DNA of 64,000 nt, from positions 1,696,001-1,760,000 of the forward strand of contig JBFWVL010000001.1 in assembly GCA_050246755.1 (NCBI GenBank), read 5' to 3'. Below the pieces are notes generated by a model, which saw nothing but the letters and a program-made list of their open reading frames with translations, was not told where the DNA came from and ran no database searches. The DNA is from Bacteriovoracia bacterium. Lineage in GTDB: Bacteria > Bdellovibrionota > UBA1018 > CAIPTA01. Positions 26,902 through 37,535 of this stretch are shown piece after piece; the stretch's first letter is position 1; each line of letters begins with the position of its first letter. The translations under genes were made by a program, and so were the position numbers.

Positions 26902-26968
26902 ATCGAGCCGCCCGTGAGGGGGGGACGCAGGATGCGCCCTAAGGTTCACTGACAGCTGAGGAACGAAC

Positions 26969-28183
26969 ATGAAGTTCATTCGCAACAGTCGCATCCGTGA
27001 TCGGATCGTTGACATCGCCACGAAAACGCTACTCCTAGCCGTATCCGCGCTGGCTTGCCTCTGGATGATTTCCGGGGCTAAAGCCGCCACCGTCGACATC
27101 ACCAGCATCCACCAGGGCGCCGCGGGTGAGGGGGAATACGCCATTGATTTCGCCTTCTCTTCGCCGGTGACGAAGGAAGACGTGTCGGTGGAGTTTCAAA
27201 GAAACTTCATCCAGGTTTCTCTTAAGGGTGTAAGCGCCTATCCGGCCCGCACCGAGAAGCTTACCCACCCTCTCCTCGAAAAAGTTTTCACCTACCAGTA
27301 CCAGCCCGATCTGGCCCGTGCCCGCGTGCTCCTGAAAGTGCAAGCCTCGAGCATCGAGAGCACTTCTAGCTGGAGCATTACCCCCCAAGGCTTACGCGTG
27401 GTGATCAAAGGCGAGGGCCTCGCCGCCGCTTCCACCGTGAAGCCGGCCAAAGCGGCCCCGAAAGCAATCAAAGAAGCGAAAGAATCCAAGGATTCCGTGA
27501 AGACCAAGGCTTCTTCCACCGCGGCCGCCGTTTCCGAGGATCCGGAAGACGCCCAGGTGGTGCAGCAGATCTTGGCCGAAAGCAAGAAGCCCGCTTCCGC
27601 CGTTGCTGCGGCGAAGGAAAAGAAAGCCGAAGCTTCTTTGGCCCATTTGCCTTCCACCGAAGAGCAACCCATCTTTGCCGCGCAAACCAATGCCGCCATT
27701 TCGAAAGATTCCAGCGCCAAAACCTCTCCGGTAGCGCGCATGCTCGCTTCGCTCCTGCTGGTAGTGGGAATCATCGGCGCGGGCGCGATCGCCTACCGCC
27801 GCTTCGTGCTTGGCCGCGGGATGCCCTTCCAGCGCCAGAACCGCATGATCGAAACGATCGCCAACCAGGCCCTTGGCCCTAAGCGTGCGATCGCGATTAT
27901 TCGCGTGCTTGATCAATACATGGTGGTGGGAATGGCCGGCGACAATATGAACCTGCTCGCCAACCTCGGCACGAATATTAATATCGAAAAATACGACGAT
28001 ATCATATCGGGCGTTGGCGCCAGCGGCGGCGTTTCTTTCGCCGATACCTTTCAGGGCGCGATCGGCGCCGCTATTCCGGGTAATTCTGGCAGCAAGAGCA
28101 AAGAAGCCGCCGCTCCCGAAGCGCCCCGCGCCGATTTTCGCTCGATGATCAAAAAGCGCATGGAAGGTTTCAAGCCCCTATGA
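26969..28183 (+). CDS. fliO: FliO with N-terminal periplasmic (AMIN-like) domain
   Basis: Signal peptide, beta domain, linker, [14 protein letters not shown]; lies between fliN and fliP. Confidence 0.85.
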   Translation: MKFIRNSRIRDRIVDIATKTLLLAVSALACLWMISGAKAATVDITSIHQGAAGEGEYAIDFAFSSPVTKEDVSVEFQRNFIQVSLKGVSAYPARTEKLTHPLLEKVFTYQYQPDLARARVLLKVQASSIESTSSWSITPQGLRVVIKGEGLAAASTVKPAKAAPKAIKEAKESKDSVKTKASSTAAAVSEDPEDAQVVQQILAESKKPASAVAAAKEKKAEASLAHLPSTEEQPIFAAQTNAAISKDSSAKTSPVARMLASLLLVVGIIGAGAIAYRRFVLGRGMPFQRQNRMIETIANQALGPKRAIAIIRVLDQYMVVGMAGDNMNLLANLGTNINIEKYDDIISGVGASGGVSFADTFQGAIGAAIPGNSGSKSKEAAAPEAPRADFRSMIKKRMEGFKPL

Positions 28184-28941
28184 TGAAAAGTTGGAAGAAA
28201 GCCATTGTTTGCTTGCTCGCGGGACTCGCCCTAAGTTCGGCTGCCCAGGCGGCGGGTGGAGGCATCGGCGTTCCCAATATCAATATCTCGATGGGCAAAG
28301 GCAATAATCCCACCGAGACCGTGGCCGCCGTGCGTATTCTTATTCTATTCACGGTTCTCTCGCTCGCTCCCGCCATTCTCGTGATGATGACTTCCTTCAC
28401 CCGGATCGTAGTGGTGCTTTCGTTCCTGCGCCAGGCTTTGTCCACGCAGAACATGCCGCCCAACCAGCTCATCATTGGGCTCTCGCTCTTCCTCACTTTT
28501 TTCGTGATGGCGCCCGTTTTCCAGGAGATCAACGAAAAATCGCTTACTCCGTATATGGAAGAGCGCATCGATCAAGGAACCGCTTTCACGCGGGCCGAAG
28601 GGCCGATCCGCGAGTTCATGTTCAAACAAACCCGCGAAAAAGATATGATGCTCTTCATCGAGCTCGCCCGCGTAAAGAAAGTAAATACCCGCAAAGACGT
28701 TCCCACCTGGGTTTTGATTCCCGCGTTCATGGTGAGTGAGCTGAAAACCGCGTTTCAAATCGGCTTCATGCTCTACCTTCCCTTCTTGATCATCGACATG
28801 GTGGTGGCGAGTGTGCTGATGGCGATGGGAATGATGATGTTGCCACCCGTGGTAATTTCTCTTCCCTTCAAGCTCTTGCTATTCGTTCTCGTGGACGGTT
28901 GGGAGCTAGTGATCGGCAGTCTCGTAAGATCTTTCGGCTAA
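28180..28941 (+). CDS. fliP: Export gate FliP
   Basis: [24 protein letters not shown]. Confidence 0.97.
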   Translation: MMKSWKKAIVCLLAGLALSSAAQAAGGGIGVPNINISMGKGNNPTETVAAVRILILFTVLSLAPAILVMMTSFTRIVVVLSFLRQALSTQNMPPNQLIIGLSLFLTFFVMAPVFQEINEKSLTPYMEERIDQGTAFTRAEGPIREFMFKQTREKDMMLFIELARVKKVNTRKDVPTWVLIPAFMVSELKTAFQIGFMLYLPFLIIDMVVASVLMAMGMMMLPPVVISLPFKLLLFVLVDGWELVIGSLVRSFG

Positions 28942-28950
28942 GGAGCTCGC

Positions 28951-29220
28951 ATGAATGAAGATATCGTACTCAGTTTAGGGCGCGAGGCGATCATGACCAC
29001 GGTTATGCTCGCGGCTCCGCTACTTCTTTCCGCCCTGGTGGTGGGTCTGGTAGTGAGTATTATCCAGGCGGTTACCCAGATCAACGAGTCCACGCTTACC
29101 TTCATTCCCAAGATGCTCGCAATCGTGGTGGTGATGATCATTATGGCTCCCTGGATGACCCAGATGATGACTTCTTATACGACCGAGCTGTTTACTTCTT
29201 TGCCAAATTACGTGAGGTAG
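28951..29220 (+). CDS. fliQ: Export gate FliQ
   Basis: QAVTQINESTLTFIPK. Confidence 0.97.
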   Translation: MNEDIVLSLGREAIMTTVMLAAPLLLSALVVGLVVSIIQAVTQINESTLTFIPKMLAIVVVMIIMAPWMTQMMTSYTTELFTSLPNYVR

Positions 29221-29223
29221 TGC

Positions 29224-30015
29224 GTGAGCCTCGACGGCTTTACCGAAACTGAAGTTCTGCTCTTTTTCGCGTCGCTTAGCCGCGTGATCGGGCTGTTCTT
29301 GCTTCTGCCCATCTTCGGTGACCAAAACGTTCCCGGCCTCGTGCGTATCTTCCTCGCGTTCACGATCAATATCGTGGTCTATCCGGTGGCAATGTCTTAC
29401 GGCACGGCTTCGCTGATTCCCCTGCTAGGAAGTGATATGGGCATCGTGATCCTCGTGCTGAAAGAAGCCGCCGTGGGCGTAGTGATGGGTTTCACGGCGA
29501 GAATTTTCTTCGATGCCATGACCTTCGCTTTCTCCCATATGGGAACCCAGATGGGATTCAGCATGGCCTCCGCGTATGATCACCATTCGGAAGCAAATAC
29601 TCCCGTGATCTCACAGCTGATCATGATTCTTGCGATGCTGCTTTTTCTGGCCACAGATGGGCACCATTTCTTCGTGCGCGCCCTGGTGGATAGCTACGGG
29701 GCCGTACCGGTTGGCGGCTTCGTGCTAAAAAAATCGGTAGCGCTCCATATCTTAGAAACCTCGGCTCAGGTTTTTTGGATTGGCGTAAAGCTCAGTGCAC
29801 CGATGGCGCTGGTGATCTTTCTCATCAACTGCGCCTTTGGCATCGTGGCCAAAGCGGTACCGCAGATCAACGTGTTAGTGGTGAGCTTCACCGTGAATAT
29901 TTTGGCGGGTTTTCTCGTGATCACCCTTACCTTGCCGGTTTTTGGCACGAGTATGGCAGAGGTAATTCAACTAATGGTGGAACGGGTTGAAAGCGTGATG
30001 AAAGTGCTGGCGTAA
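29224..30015 (+). CDS. fliR: Export gate FliR
   Basis: QMGFSMA, DGHH, KAVPQINV. Confidence 0.95.
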   Translation: MSLDGFTETEVLLFFASLSRVIGLFLLLPIFGDQNVPGLVRIFLAFTINIVVYPVAMSYGTASLIPLLGSDMGIVILVLKEAAVGVVMGFTARIFFDAMTFAFSHMGTQMGFSMASAYDHHSEANTPVISQLIMILAMLLFLATDGHHFFVRALVDSYGAVPVGGFVLKKSVALHILETSAQVFWIGVKLSAPMALVIFLINCAFGIVAKAVPQINVLVVSFTVNILAGFLVITLTLPVFGTSMAEVIQLMVERVESVMKVLA

Positions 30016-30018
30016 ACA

Positions 30019-31101
30019 ATGGCGCAGAATGGTCAGTCGGATTCCGACGAAGACAAAACAGAAGAGCCCAGTAGTCAGCGCTTAGAAGACTTTCGCGAAG
30101 AAGGCCAGGTATCCCAATCCAAAGAGCTTACTTCCCTGATGGTACTGATCGCCACCCTCGGCTCTATGTATGCGATGGGCCCATCGCTCGCCGGCGATTT
30201 CATGGATTTCATGCGCCGCATGTTCGTCGAGTCCGCGGGTATTGAGCTTACCGCGGAGCGCGCCGGGCAGGTTCTCTGGCTTTGCCTCGGCGCCGCGGGC
30301 CACGTGGTGCTCCCGATTGCGTTCGCCGGATTTTTGGCGGGCGTGCTCGGCTCCGTGGTTCAGTTCGGCTTTCTTTTTACCTGGGCTCCGCTCGAACCGC
30401 AGCTGGATCGCCTGAACCCGATTAGCGGCTTCTCGCGAATCTTCGCCTGGTCTTCGTTGCTCGAGGGAGTCAAGTCCTGCCTCAAGCTCGGCGCAGTGAT
30501 TGGCGTTACTTATATGCTGATCAAGAGCGAAATCGTAAGCTCTGCTTCCGTGATCGATATGGAGAGCCCGCAGCTCGTGGCCTATATGAGCTCCACCGCT
30601 TTTCGCTTGATCGGCGGGGTTTGTATCGGCCTATTCGTGGTGGCCGCCCTGGATTTTGCCTACCAAAAGTTCCGCTACCGGAAGAGCTTGATGATGAGCA
30701 AGCAGGAAGTGAAGCAGGAACATAAGCAGCGCGAGGGGGATCCGCTCCTAAAAGCGCGTATGAAGAGCATTCAGCGTGAGCAGGCCCGCAAGCGCATGAT
30801 GCAAGAAGTACCGAAAGCCGACGTTATCGTCACAAACCCGACGCACATCGCGATCGCGCTTCGCTACGATGCCGAAAAAATGGCGGCTCCTAGGGTGGTT
30901 GCCAAGGGCGCAGACCTCATGGCCCAGAGAATTAAGGACATTGCACGCAAGCACGGCATCCCAATGGTGGAGAATGTGCCGTTGGCCCGAGCCCTGCATA
31001 AGTCAGTGAAAGTGGGGGGATCGGTTCCGCGTCCTCTCTTCCAAGCAGTAGCGGAAGTGCTCGCATACGTTTATCGGCTCAAGGGCAAATTAGGTTTGTA
31101 A
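30019..31101 (+). CDS. flhB: Export protein FlhB
   Basis: DKTEEP, EGDP, TNPTH autocleavage motif. Confidence 0.97.
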   Translation: MAQNGQSDSDEDKTEEPSSQRLEDFREEGQVSQSKELTSLMVLIATLGSMYAMGPSLAGDFMDFMRRMFVESAGIELTAERAGQVLWLCLGAAGHVVLPIAFAGFLAGVLGSVVQFGFLFTWAPLEPQLDRLNPISGFSRIFAWSSLLEGVKSCLKLGAVIGVTYMLIKSEIVSSASVIDMESPQLVAYMSSTAFRLIGGVCIGLFVVAALDFAYQKFRYRKSLMMSKQEVKQEHKQREGDPLLKARMKSIQREQARKRMMQEVPKADVIVTNPTHIAIALRYDAEKMAAPRVVAKGADLMAQRIKDIARKHGIPMVENVPLARALHKSVKVGGSVPRPLFQAVAEVLAYVYRLKGKLGL

Positions 31102-31113
31102 AAGGTTGGATAA

Positions 31114-33207
31114 GTGAACGAAAACAATAGCAAGACTGGCTTCATGCAATACGCGAAAAACGCGGATTTGCTCATGGCCATGGGCTTAATCGGCATTCTC
31201 GTGCTGATGATCGTGCCGTTGCCGCCGTTCATGATCGACATTTTCTTGACGTTGTCGATCGCGCTGTCGGTAGTGCTTTTGCTCACCGCCACCTACGCGA
31301 AGAAGCCGCTCGATTTCAGCGTTTTCCCTTCTCTGCTTTTGACGGTTACCCTCTTCCGGCTAGCGCTTAGCGTGGCCTCTACCCGCCTAGTTCTCCTACA
31401 CGGCCCTGAGCAGGGCACCTCGGCGGCGGGCGCCATTATTCGCGCCTTCGGGGATTTCGTGGTGGGTGGTAATTACGCCGTGGGTCTCGTGGTTTTCATC
31501 ATCTTAGTGATCATCAATTTCGTGGTGATCACCAAAGGCGCGGGCCGCGTAGCCGAAGTGGCCGCACGTTTTACTTTGGACGCCATGCCCGGTAAACAAA
31601 TGGCCATCGACGCCGACCTCAATGCCGGCGTGATCAACGAACAAGAAGCCCGCAAGCGCCGCTCGAACGTGGCGCAAGAAGCCGACTTCTACGGAGCCAT
31701 GGACGGTGCCAGCAAATTCGTGCGCGGAGACGCAATTGCCGCCATCATGATCGTGATCGTCAACATCGTGGGTGGTATCATCATCGGCACGATTCAAAAG
31801 GGGATGCCGATTGCGGAAGCGGCGCAAACTTTCGTGCTCCTCACCGTGGGTGATGGACTCGTAACCCAAATCCCCGCCCTTATCATCTCCACCGCGGCCG
31901 GTTTGATCGTAACCCGTGCGGGCAGCGGAAATAATCTTACCGAGGATCTCGGTACTCAGCTCACCACTCACCCCAAGGCCATCGGGGTAGCGGCGGGAGC
32001 GATGGGCGTGATCGCGCTGATTCCGGGAATTCCCGCCCTGCCTTTCCTTGGCATCGCCGCGGGCTTGGGCTACTGGGCCTATAGCCTAGGTAAAGGAAAA
32101 GAAGCCGCCGCCGTTACCGAGGCCGCCGCCGCCAAGGAAAAAGGCAAAGAAGTTTCCGAGAAGATCGAATCCCTCTTGCCCATGGATATTCTCGAGCTCG
32201 AAGTGGGCTACGGCCTGATCAGCATCGTGGATCCGGAACAAAATGGCGAGCTGCTCACGCGTATCAACCAAATTCGCCGCCAGTTCGCGCTGGATATGGG
32301 CGTGATCATTCCCTCGCTGCGCATCCGCGATAATCTTCAGCTAAATCCGGGCCAGTACAACGTGCTCCTCAAGGGAGTTTCGATCGGGCAGGGCGAGCTG
32401 ATGGTAGATCACCTTCTCGCCATGGATCCGGGCAACGTGGCCGAGCCGGTAGCCGGCGTGCCCACCACCGAGCCGGCGTTTGGATTGCCTGCGCTTTGGA
32501 TTTCCGCCAACAACAAAGACGCGGCCACCATGAACGGGTACACGGTAGTAGATCTCTCCACCGTGATGGCCACGCACCTCACCGAGCTCCTCAAGAAACA
32601 TTTGCCGGAGCTCTTCGGCCGCCAGGAACTGCAGACCCTCCTCGACAATTTCAAGGAGCAGTACCCCAAGCTCGTGGAAGATTTGGTGCCGAACCTCATG
32701 CAGCCCGTTTTGCTGCTTAAAGTGATGCAGAACCTGCTGCGTGAGCAAGTGCCGGTTCGCGATATGCGCACCATCCTGGAGTCGTTGCTCGAAGTGGCCG
32801 CGCAGACCAAGGATCCGATCGCACTCACCGAAGCGGCCCGTACCGGCCTGCACCGTTCGATCACGATGCGCTTGCTGGGCACGAGCGGCGAGCTCGCCAT
32901 TCTTACGCTGGACCGCCAGATCGAAGAAACAATCGCGAGCTCCATCGTGGCCACCGACCGCGGGCACGAACTGGCCACCGATCCCGATTTCGTGCGCCGT
33001 TTGTTGGGCTCGCTCAACATCGACGTGGCGCGCTCGCTCGAGCAGTACTCGCAGGCTGTAGTGCTTTGCTCGCCCTCGATTCGCTATCACTTTAAGAAAC
33101 TGGTGGAAAGATTCATCCCCAGCTTAATCGTTCTCTCCCATAACGAGATCGCGCCCAACGTGAATCTCAAATCGATTGGTATCGTGAGGTTGGAAGATGC
33201 AAGTTAA
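31114..33207 (+). CDS. flhA: Export protein FlhA
   Basis: ARFTLDAMPGKQMAIDADL, FYGAMDGASKF. Confidence 0.97.
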   Translation: MNENNSKTGFMQYAKNADLLMAMGLIGILVLMIVPLPPFMIDIFLTLSIALSVVLLLTATYAKKPLDFSVFPSLLLTVTLFRLALSVASTRLVLLHGPEQGTSAAGAIIRAFGDFVVGGNYAVGLVVFIILVIINFVVITKGAGRVAEVAARFTLDAMPGKQMAIDADLNAGVINEQEARKRRSNVAQEADFYGAMDGASKFVRGDAIAAIMIVIVNIVGGIIIGTIQKGMPIAEAAQTFVLLTVGDGLVTQIPALIISTAAGLIVTRAGSGNNLTEDLGTQLTTHPKAIGVAAGAMGVIALIPGIPALPFLGIAAGLGYWAYSLGKGKEAAAVTEAAAAKEKGKEVSEKIESLLPMDILELEVGYGLISIVDPEQNGELLTRINQIRRQFALDMGVIIPSLRIRDNLQLNPGQYNVLLKGVSIGQGELMVDHLLAMDPGNVAEPVAGVPTTEPAFGLPALWISANNKDAATMNGYTVVDLSTVMATHLTELLKKHLPELFGRQELQTLLDNFKEQYPKLVEDLVPNLMQPVLLLKVMQNLLREQVPVRDMRTILESLLEVAAQTKDPIALTEAARTGLHRSITMRLLGTSGELAILTLDRQIEETIASSIVATDRGHELATDPDFVRRLLGSLNIDVARSLEQYSQAVVLCSPSIRYHFKKLVERFIPSLIVLSHNEIAPNVNLKSIGIVRLEDAS

Positions 33208-34720
33208 GAAATTCGAAGCGGCTACCATGCAGGAAGCGCTGAAGGTCATTAAAAGAGAATTGGGCCCGGATGCCATCATCCTGTCCACCAAGCATCTCAA
33301 GAGTGGCTTCGGCTTGATGAGTAAAGCTTCGGTGGAAGTTACCGCCGCCGTGGCCGAAAAAGATTTAAAGAAGAAGAAAATGGCCGAGAAAGATCTGCCC
33401 CAGAACGTGAAAGAAAAAATCTGGAACAGCAAGGCGGAAAAACAGAGCGAAATTTACGATACTTATTTCGAGAAGCAGCTCAAGCGCGCCAATAAGGACC
33501 GGGTGGAAATCGCCGAGGCTTCTCGCCGCGCGAAAGAGCCCGCGCCCATTCAGCAGACGCAATCGCGCCAGATCACCGACGACCAGCGCGCGGCCGCGGC
33601 CATCAACGCCCAGCGCCAAGCGCAGCGCCAGCAGCAGCAGAGCGTGCGTCAGCAGATCATCGAGACCGAGCAGCCGCGCTATGCCGCATCTCCCGCGCAG
33701 GCATCTTCCCCGGCCACCGCCGTGCGCGAGCGCCGCTACATCGATATCTCCGACGAAGAATCTCCCGCCCAGGCTCGCGCGTCGATCGTTAATACGGGCG
33801 GCGAAAGCTCCTCCTCCGATACGAAGGTGCGTTCCCTCGAGAAAGATATCGAGCAGCTGAAATCGATGATCGGCGAGCTCGCTTCCGGCGCCAGCGGGCG
33901 CGAAGAGAGCGACCCCGACCTGAGCGAAGAGCTGGTTCGGGCCATGCACGACCTCGCCAATCAGGGCATCGAGAAGAAATTCGCCCGCGCCATAGTGCGC
34001 CAGGTTTCTTTCGATCTCACTCCCGAAGAGCGCGCTAACGAAGGCGCTATCATGGATAAGATCGCCTACTACCTAATGGAAGGCGTGAAGGTGCGCGACC
34101 TGCTCGACCACGTAGGCGCCGTTGCCGGCAAATCTACTTCCACCGCCGTGGCTCTCGTGGGGCCCACCGGCGTGGGCAAGACCACCACCATCGCCAAAAT
34201 TGCCAGTCTCGGAATTCTCGAGAAGCGCTTGCGCGTGGGCCTGATCAATCTGGATTCTTATAAAGTGGCCGCCGCCGATCAGCTCGCAACCTACGCGAAG
34301 ATCATGAACGTTCCTTTCCGTTCGGTAACCACCCGCGAGGAACTGCAGCAGGCGGTATACGATTTCGCCAGTCTGGATCTCGTGCTGATCGATACCACCG
34401 GCCGCAGCCAGAAAGACCAAGAGAGTCTTTTGCAGCTGCGCCACATGCTGGCCTCGATCGAGGGCGTACAAACCGCGCTGCTCGTGAGCGCCACCACCAA
34501 AGATACCGACATCACCGAAGTGGTGACCCGCTTCAAGATTTTCAATCCGGTAGGCTTGGTATTCTCAAAACTCGATGAAACCAGCCTCTACGGCTGTATC
34601 TACAATGTGCATAAGCGCAGCGGGCTGCCCTTGCTCTATTTCACCGTGGGCCAGCGCGTGCCGGAAGATATCGAGAAGGCCAGCGCAGAGCGCATCGCCG
34701 ATTTAGTTTTGGATTTATAG
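33197..34720 (+). CDS. flhF: SRP-family GTPase FlhF
   Basis: ELGPDAIILS, GPTGVGKTTT, DTTGRS, KLDET, GQRVPED. Confidence 0.96.
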   Translation: MQVKKFEAATMQEALKVIKRELGPDAIILSTKHLKSGFGLMSKASVEVTAAVAEKDLKKKKMAEKDLPQNVKEKIWNSKAEKQSEIYDTYFEKQLKRANKDRVEIAEASRRAKEPAPIQQTQSRQITDDQRAAAAINAQRQAQRQQQQSVRQQIIETEQPRYAASPAQASSPATAVRERRYIDISDEESPAQARASIVNTGGESSSSDTKVRSLEKDIEQLKSMIGELASGASGREESDPDLSEELVRAMHDLANQGIEKKFARAIVRQVSFDLTPEERANEGAIMDKIAYYLMEGVKVRDLLDHVGAVAGKSTSTAVALVGPTGVGKTTTIAKIASLGILEKRLRVGLINLDSYKVAAADQLATYAKIMNVPFRSVTTREELQQAVYDFASLDLVLIDTTGRSQKDQESLLQLRHMLASIEGVQTALLVSATTKDTDITEVVTRFKIFNPVGLVFSKLDETSLYGCIYNVHKRSGLPLLYFTVGQRVPEDIEKASAERIADLVLDL

Positions 34721-34761
34721 TTAGTCGCTGATTCGAACGTTGAAAGTCCATGGAGGGACGA

Positions 34762-35625
34762 ATGTTGCAGTTAAATACGGGCGGAAAAATTCGCCGGAGC
34801 AGAGATAGAGTTGGCTCGGAAAGCCCACGGATGCGGGTAATTTCGGTCACCAGCGGTAAAGGCGGAGTGGGTAAGAGCAGCGTGGTGGCGAATCTCGCTC
34901 TATCGATCGCGGCCCGCGGCCAAAAGGTGCTATTACTCGACGGCGATTTCGGCCTCGCGAACCTGGATATCATGCTCGACGTTCGCTCCAAGGGGACGAT
35001 TCACGACGTTCTGCATGGCGGCCGTGACCCGCTCGATATTCTCGCCCGCGTGTGCCCGAACGTGGACGTGCTACCCGCGTCTTCCGGAGTACTGGAAATG
35101 ACCAGCCTCGGGATCGAAGACAAGAGCCGCTTGCTGGAGATTCTCCAGAGCCTCGAAAATCATTACGACTACCTGCTCATCGACACGGGCGCGGGTATCA
35201 GCGACGACGTTACCTGGCTGAATTCCTCCGCCAGCGAGATCATCGTGGTGGCCACTCCCGAACCCACTTCGATCACGGACGCCTATGCCTTGATCAAGGT
35301 GCTCAACCAGAAGCACAAGATCAAAGATTTCCAGCTGCTGGTGAATCAGTCACGCTCCGAGGCCGAAGCATTGCGTGTGTACCAGCAGATCACCGCGGTT
35401 TCCGATCGTTTCTTGAACGTGGCGATCGACTACCTGGGGCACGTGCTTTGGGACGATATGTGGACGCACGCGGTGCGCCAGAGAAAACCGATCGTATCGG
35501 CTTATCCCACATCGAATGCCGCTAAGAATTTTGAACGCCTAGCCGATACGTTTGCTAAGCCCCTCGAACGCACGGTTGCTTCGGGGAATGTACAGTTCTT
35601 TAGAGCACTGCTAGGGCACGCCTGA
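34762..35625 (+). CDS. flhG: MinD-like ATPase FlhG/FleN
   Basis: SGKGGVGKS, DTGAG, TPEPTSITDAYA; GGAGG SD supports start 34762 (ORF track start 34750). Confidence 0.94.
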   Translation: MLQLNTGGKIRRSRDRVGSESPRMRVISVTSGKGGVGKSSVVANLALSIAARGQKVLLLDGDFGLANLDIMLDVRSKGTIHDVLHGGRDPLDILARVCPNVDVLPASSGVLEMTSLGIEDKSRLLEILQSLENHYDYLLIDTGAGISDDVTWLNSSASEIIVVATPEPTSITDAYALIKVLNQKHKIKDFQLLVNQSRSEAEALRVYQQITAVSDRFLNVAIDYLGHVLWDDMWTHAVRQRKPIVSAYPTSNAAKNFERLADTFAKPLERTVASGNVQFFRALLGHA

Positions 35626-35644
35626 ATTAGGAGGATGAGGGATT

Positions 35645-36460
35645 ATGAACAAGGCAGTTGAGAAATATAAAAACCAATCCGAGAAACAACCCCGTCCTTC
35701 CGAGAAAAAAATCGGGAAGAAACTGATCGACGGCCTCACCAAAGATGAAATCGTGGTGAAGTACGCTTCGCTCGTAAAATACCTCGCGCAGAAGATCGCG
35801 ATTCGTCTTCCGGCGAATATCGAGCTCGACGATTTGATCAGCTCCGGCGTGATCGGGCTGATGGATGCCGTGGATAAATACGACCATACTCGCGACAACA
35901 AATTCAAAACCTACGCCGAGTTCCGAATCCGGGGCGCGATGCTCGACGAGCTTCGCTCGCAAGACTGGGTTCCACGCTCCGTGCGCGAAAAGGCCAAGCA
36001 GCTTGAGCGCGTTTTCGCCCGGATCGAGCACGCCAAGGGCCGCCCGGCCACCGATACCGAAGTTTGCGAAGAGCTGAAGATCAACCCCGAAGAATACGGC
36101 GAGCTCCTGAACGAAGTTCGTTCCGTCTCTTTGCTCAACTACGACGATCTCAATAGCCTGACCAAAACCGATAAAAAATCGATGCTCGGCCTGATCGAGA
36201 ACGGGAAACTGAACAACCCATTCGCCGAAGTAAGCCGCACCAATCTCAAGGGTATGGTGGAAGAAGCCATCAACGGGCTTCCTGAGAAACAGCGCTTGGT
36301 GCTCGCTCTATATTATTACGAAGACATGAACCTGAAAGAGATCGGGCGCGTGCTCGAGGTAACGGAATCCCGGGTGAGCCAATTGCACACTCAGGCCATC
36401 CTGCGTCTCAAAGGAAAGTTAAAGAATAACTTCGACGAATTTTTACAGCTTTTGGCCTAG
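35645..36460 (+). CDS. fliA: RNA polymerase sigma-28 factor FliA
   Basis: RIRGAMLDELR.QDWVPRSVR, ESRVSQLH. Confidence 0.97.
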   Translation: MNKAVEKYKNQSEKQPRPSEKKIGKKLIDGLTKDEIVVKYASLVKYLAQKIAIRLPANIELDDLISSGVIGLMDAVDKYDHTRDNKFKTYAEFRIRGAMLDELRSQDWVPRSVREKAKQLERVFARIEHAKGRPATDTEVCEELKINPEEYGELLNEVRSVSLLNYDDLNSLTKTDKKSMLGLIENGKLNNPFAEVSRTNLKGMVEEAINGLPEKQRLVLALYYYEDMNLKEIGRVLEVTESRVSQLHTQAILRLKGKLKNNFDEFLQLLA

Positions 36461-36470
36461 GCCAGAATGG

Positions 36471-36503
36471 TCTCCGCCGCGTAAAGAAGCGGCGGAGATT
36501 TTT
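36471..36503 (+). terminator. Intrinsic terminator after fliA
   Basis: TCTCCGCCGC-N8-GCGGCGGAGA-TTTTT. Confidence 0.8.
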
Positions 36504-36512
36504 AACCGATAT
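36486..36512 (+). promoter_or_regulatory. Putative sigma28 promoter overlapping the terminator
   Basis: GAAG-N15-ACCGATAT. Confidence 0.55.
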
Positions 36513-36527
36513 CGCATTCTCAATGGA

Positions 36528-37535
36528 GTGAGCTTGCAGCGGCAACAGATAAAAGAGCAATTAGGAGCCCTCGAGGAGCAGTTAGAACTGCTGGGTAGCC
36601 GCGCGCGCACCGAAACCCTCGAAGCCTTCCAGAGCCTGCACGAGCTCATTCACAGTGATTCTCTCCGCAAAAGTCTTTCCGCTTCGGATTTTCTTACCCG
36701 TATTACCGCCGTGCTTGTGCAAGAGGCTTCGGCGCAGGGCTACGAAATCGCCGTGTCCCACTATGGCGAGGGACGAATTTCGGCTGAAATGGTGGAAGTT
36801 TCAATGGGCGCCATCATGGCCTGCCTGAAAGCTTCCCTCCGCTCTTTCCGCGGGATGGGAAAAGCACAGCGCTTGCAACACCACCTCTTTCGCACCTATT
36901 CCGTCTACATCGAAGTGCGGGCCACTAGCGATGGCGTACACTTCCGTCTGATCGACGACGGCAAAGGCTATTCCGGCGGCTTCATCACCGAGCTCGATTC
37001 TGAAACCCAGTTCCAGAAACTGCGATCGCAAGTGGCGGCGCACGGCGGCTGGTTCGCGCGCCATTCTTTCCAGAACTTTGGCGGTGCGATCGAATTCAAG
37101 GTTCCCGTTCCGCGCGCCCGATTCGAATGCCTGGTGTTGCGCCAAGGAGCCGTTGAGCTGCTGTTGCCCGAGTCTTACTGCACCAAGCTGGTAAATATCC
37201 ACGCGGAAGGCCTGCCCTGCGCCGATGGCGACATCGTCACTCTTCTTTGCGCCACCGAAGGCTTACGTGTTCCAGCGGAGGGCGAGAATATCGCGCCGGT
37301 TTATGCCGTGCAGGTATCGGTGGCCGATTTCCAGTTTTGGATTCTCTGCGAGTCGGCGGCGGCCCGGGTAAAAACGCGGCGCTATTCCTGCGCGGATTTT
37401 TTGGAAGAAGGAACTTGGTTCGAGAATCTTGGCCTTTATCCTAGCAGTGGGGCGCTGAATGCGTTGCCGCTGCTCGAGGGAGAGAATTTAATGCGGCTTT
37501 ATAGCCGTTGGGAGGCCGCGCGTGCGAGCATCTAG
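36528..37535 (+). CDS. Degenerate CheA-like protein (P3/P4/P5-like; no Hpt; altered N and G2 boxes)
   Basis: By-eye colinearity with CheA: G.EI....GE, IDDGKG, HGG.....S....G..IEFKVP, followed by a CheW-like beta segment. Confidence 0.65.
   Translation: MSLQRQQIKEQLGALEEQLELLGSRARTETLEAFQSLHELIHSDSLRKSLSASDFLTRITAVLVQEASAQGYEIAVSHYGEGRISAEMVEVSMGAIMACLKASLRSFRGMGKAQRLQHHLFRTYSVYIEVRATSDGVHFRLIDDGKGYSGGFITELDSETQFQKLRSQVAAHGGWFARHSFQNFGGAIEFKVPVPRARFECLVLRQGAVELLLPESYCTKLVNIHAEGLPCADGDIVTLLCATEGLRVPAEGENIAPVYAVQVSVADFQFWILCESAAARVKTRRYSCADFLEEGTWFENLGLYPSSGALNALPLLEGENLMRLYSRWEAARASI

Noticed and set aside
26902-26968. Possible c-di-GMP-I (GEMM) riboswitch before fliO (CCC-GTGA-GGG, GGGACGCA, CTAAGG, TGACAGC)
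   Set aside because: Lacks the GGCAAA and AAAGC elements and a pairable P2, and is too short; better explained as a GGA hairpin. An Infernal search would settle it.
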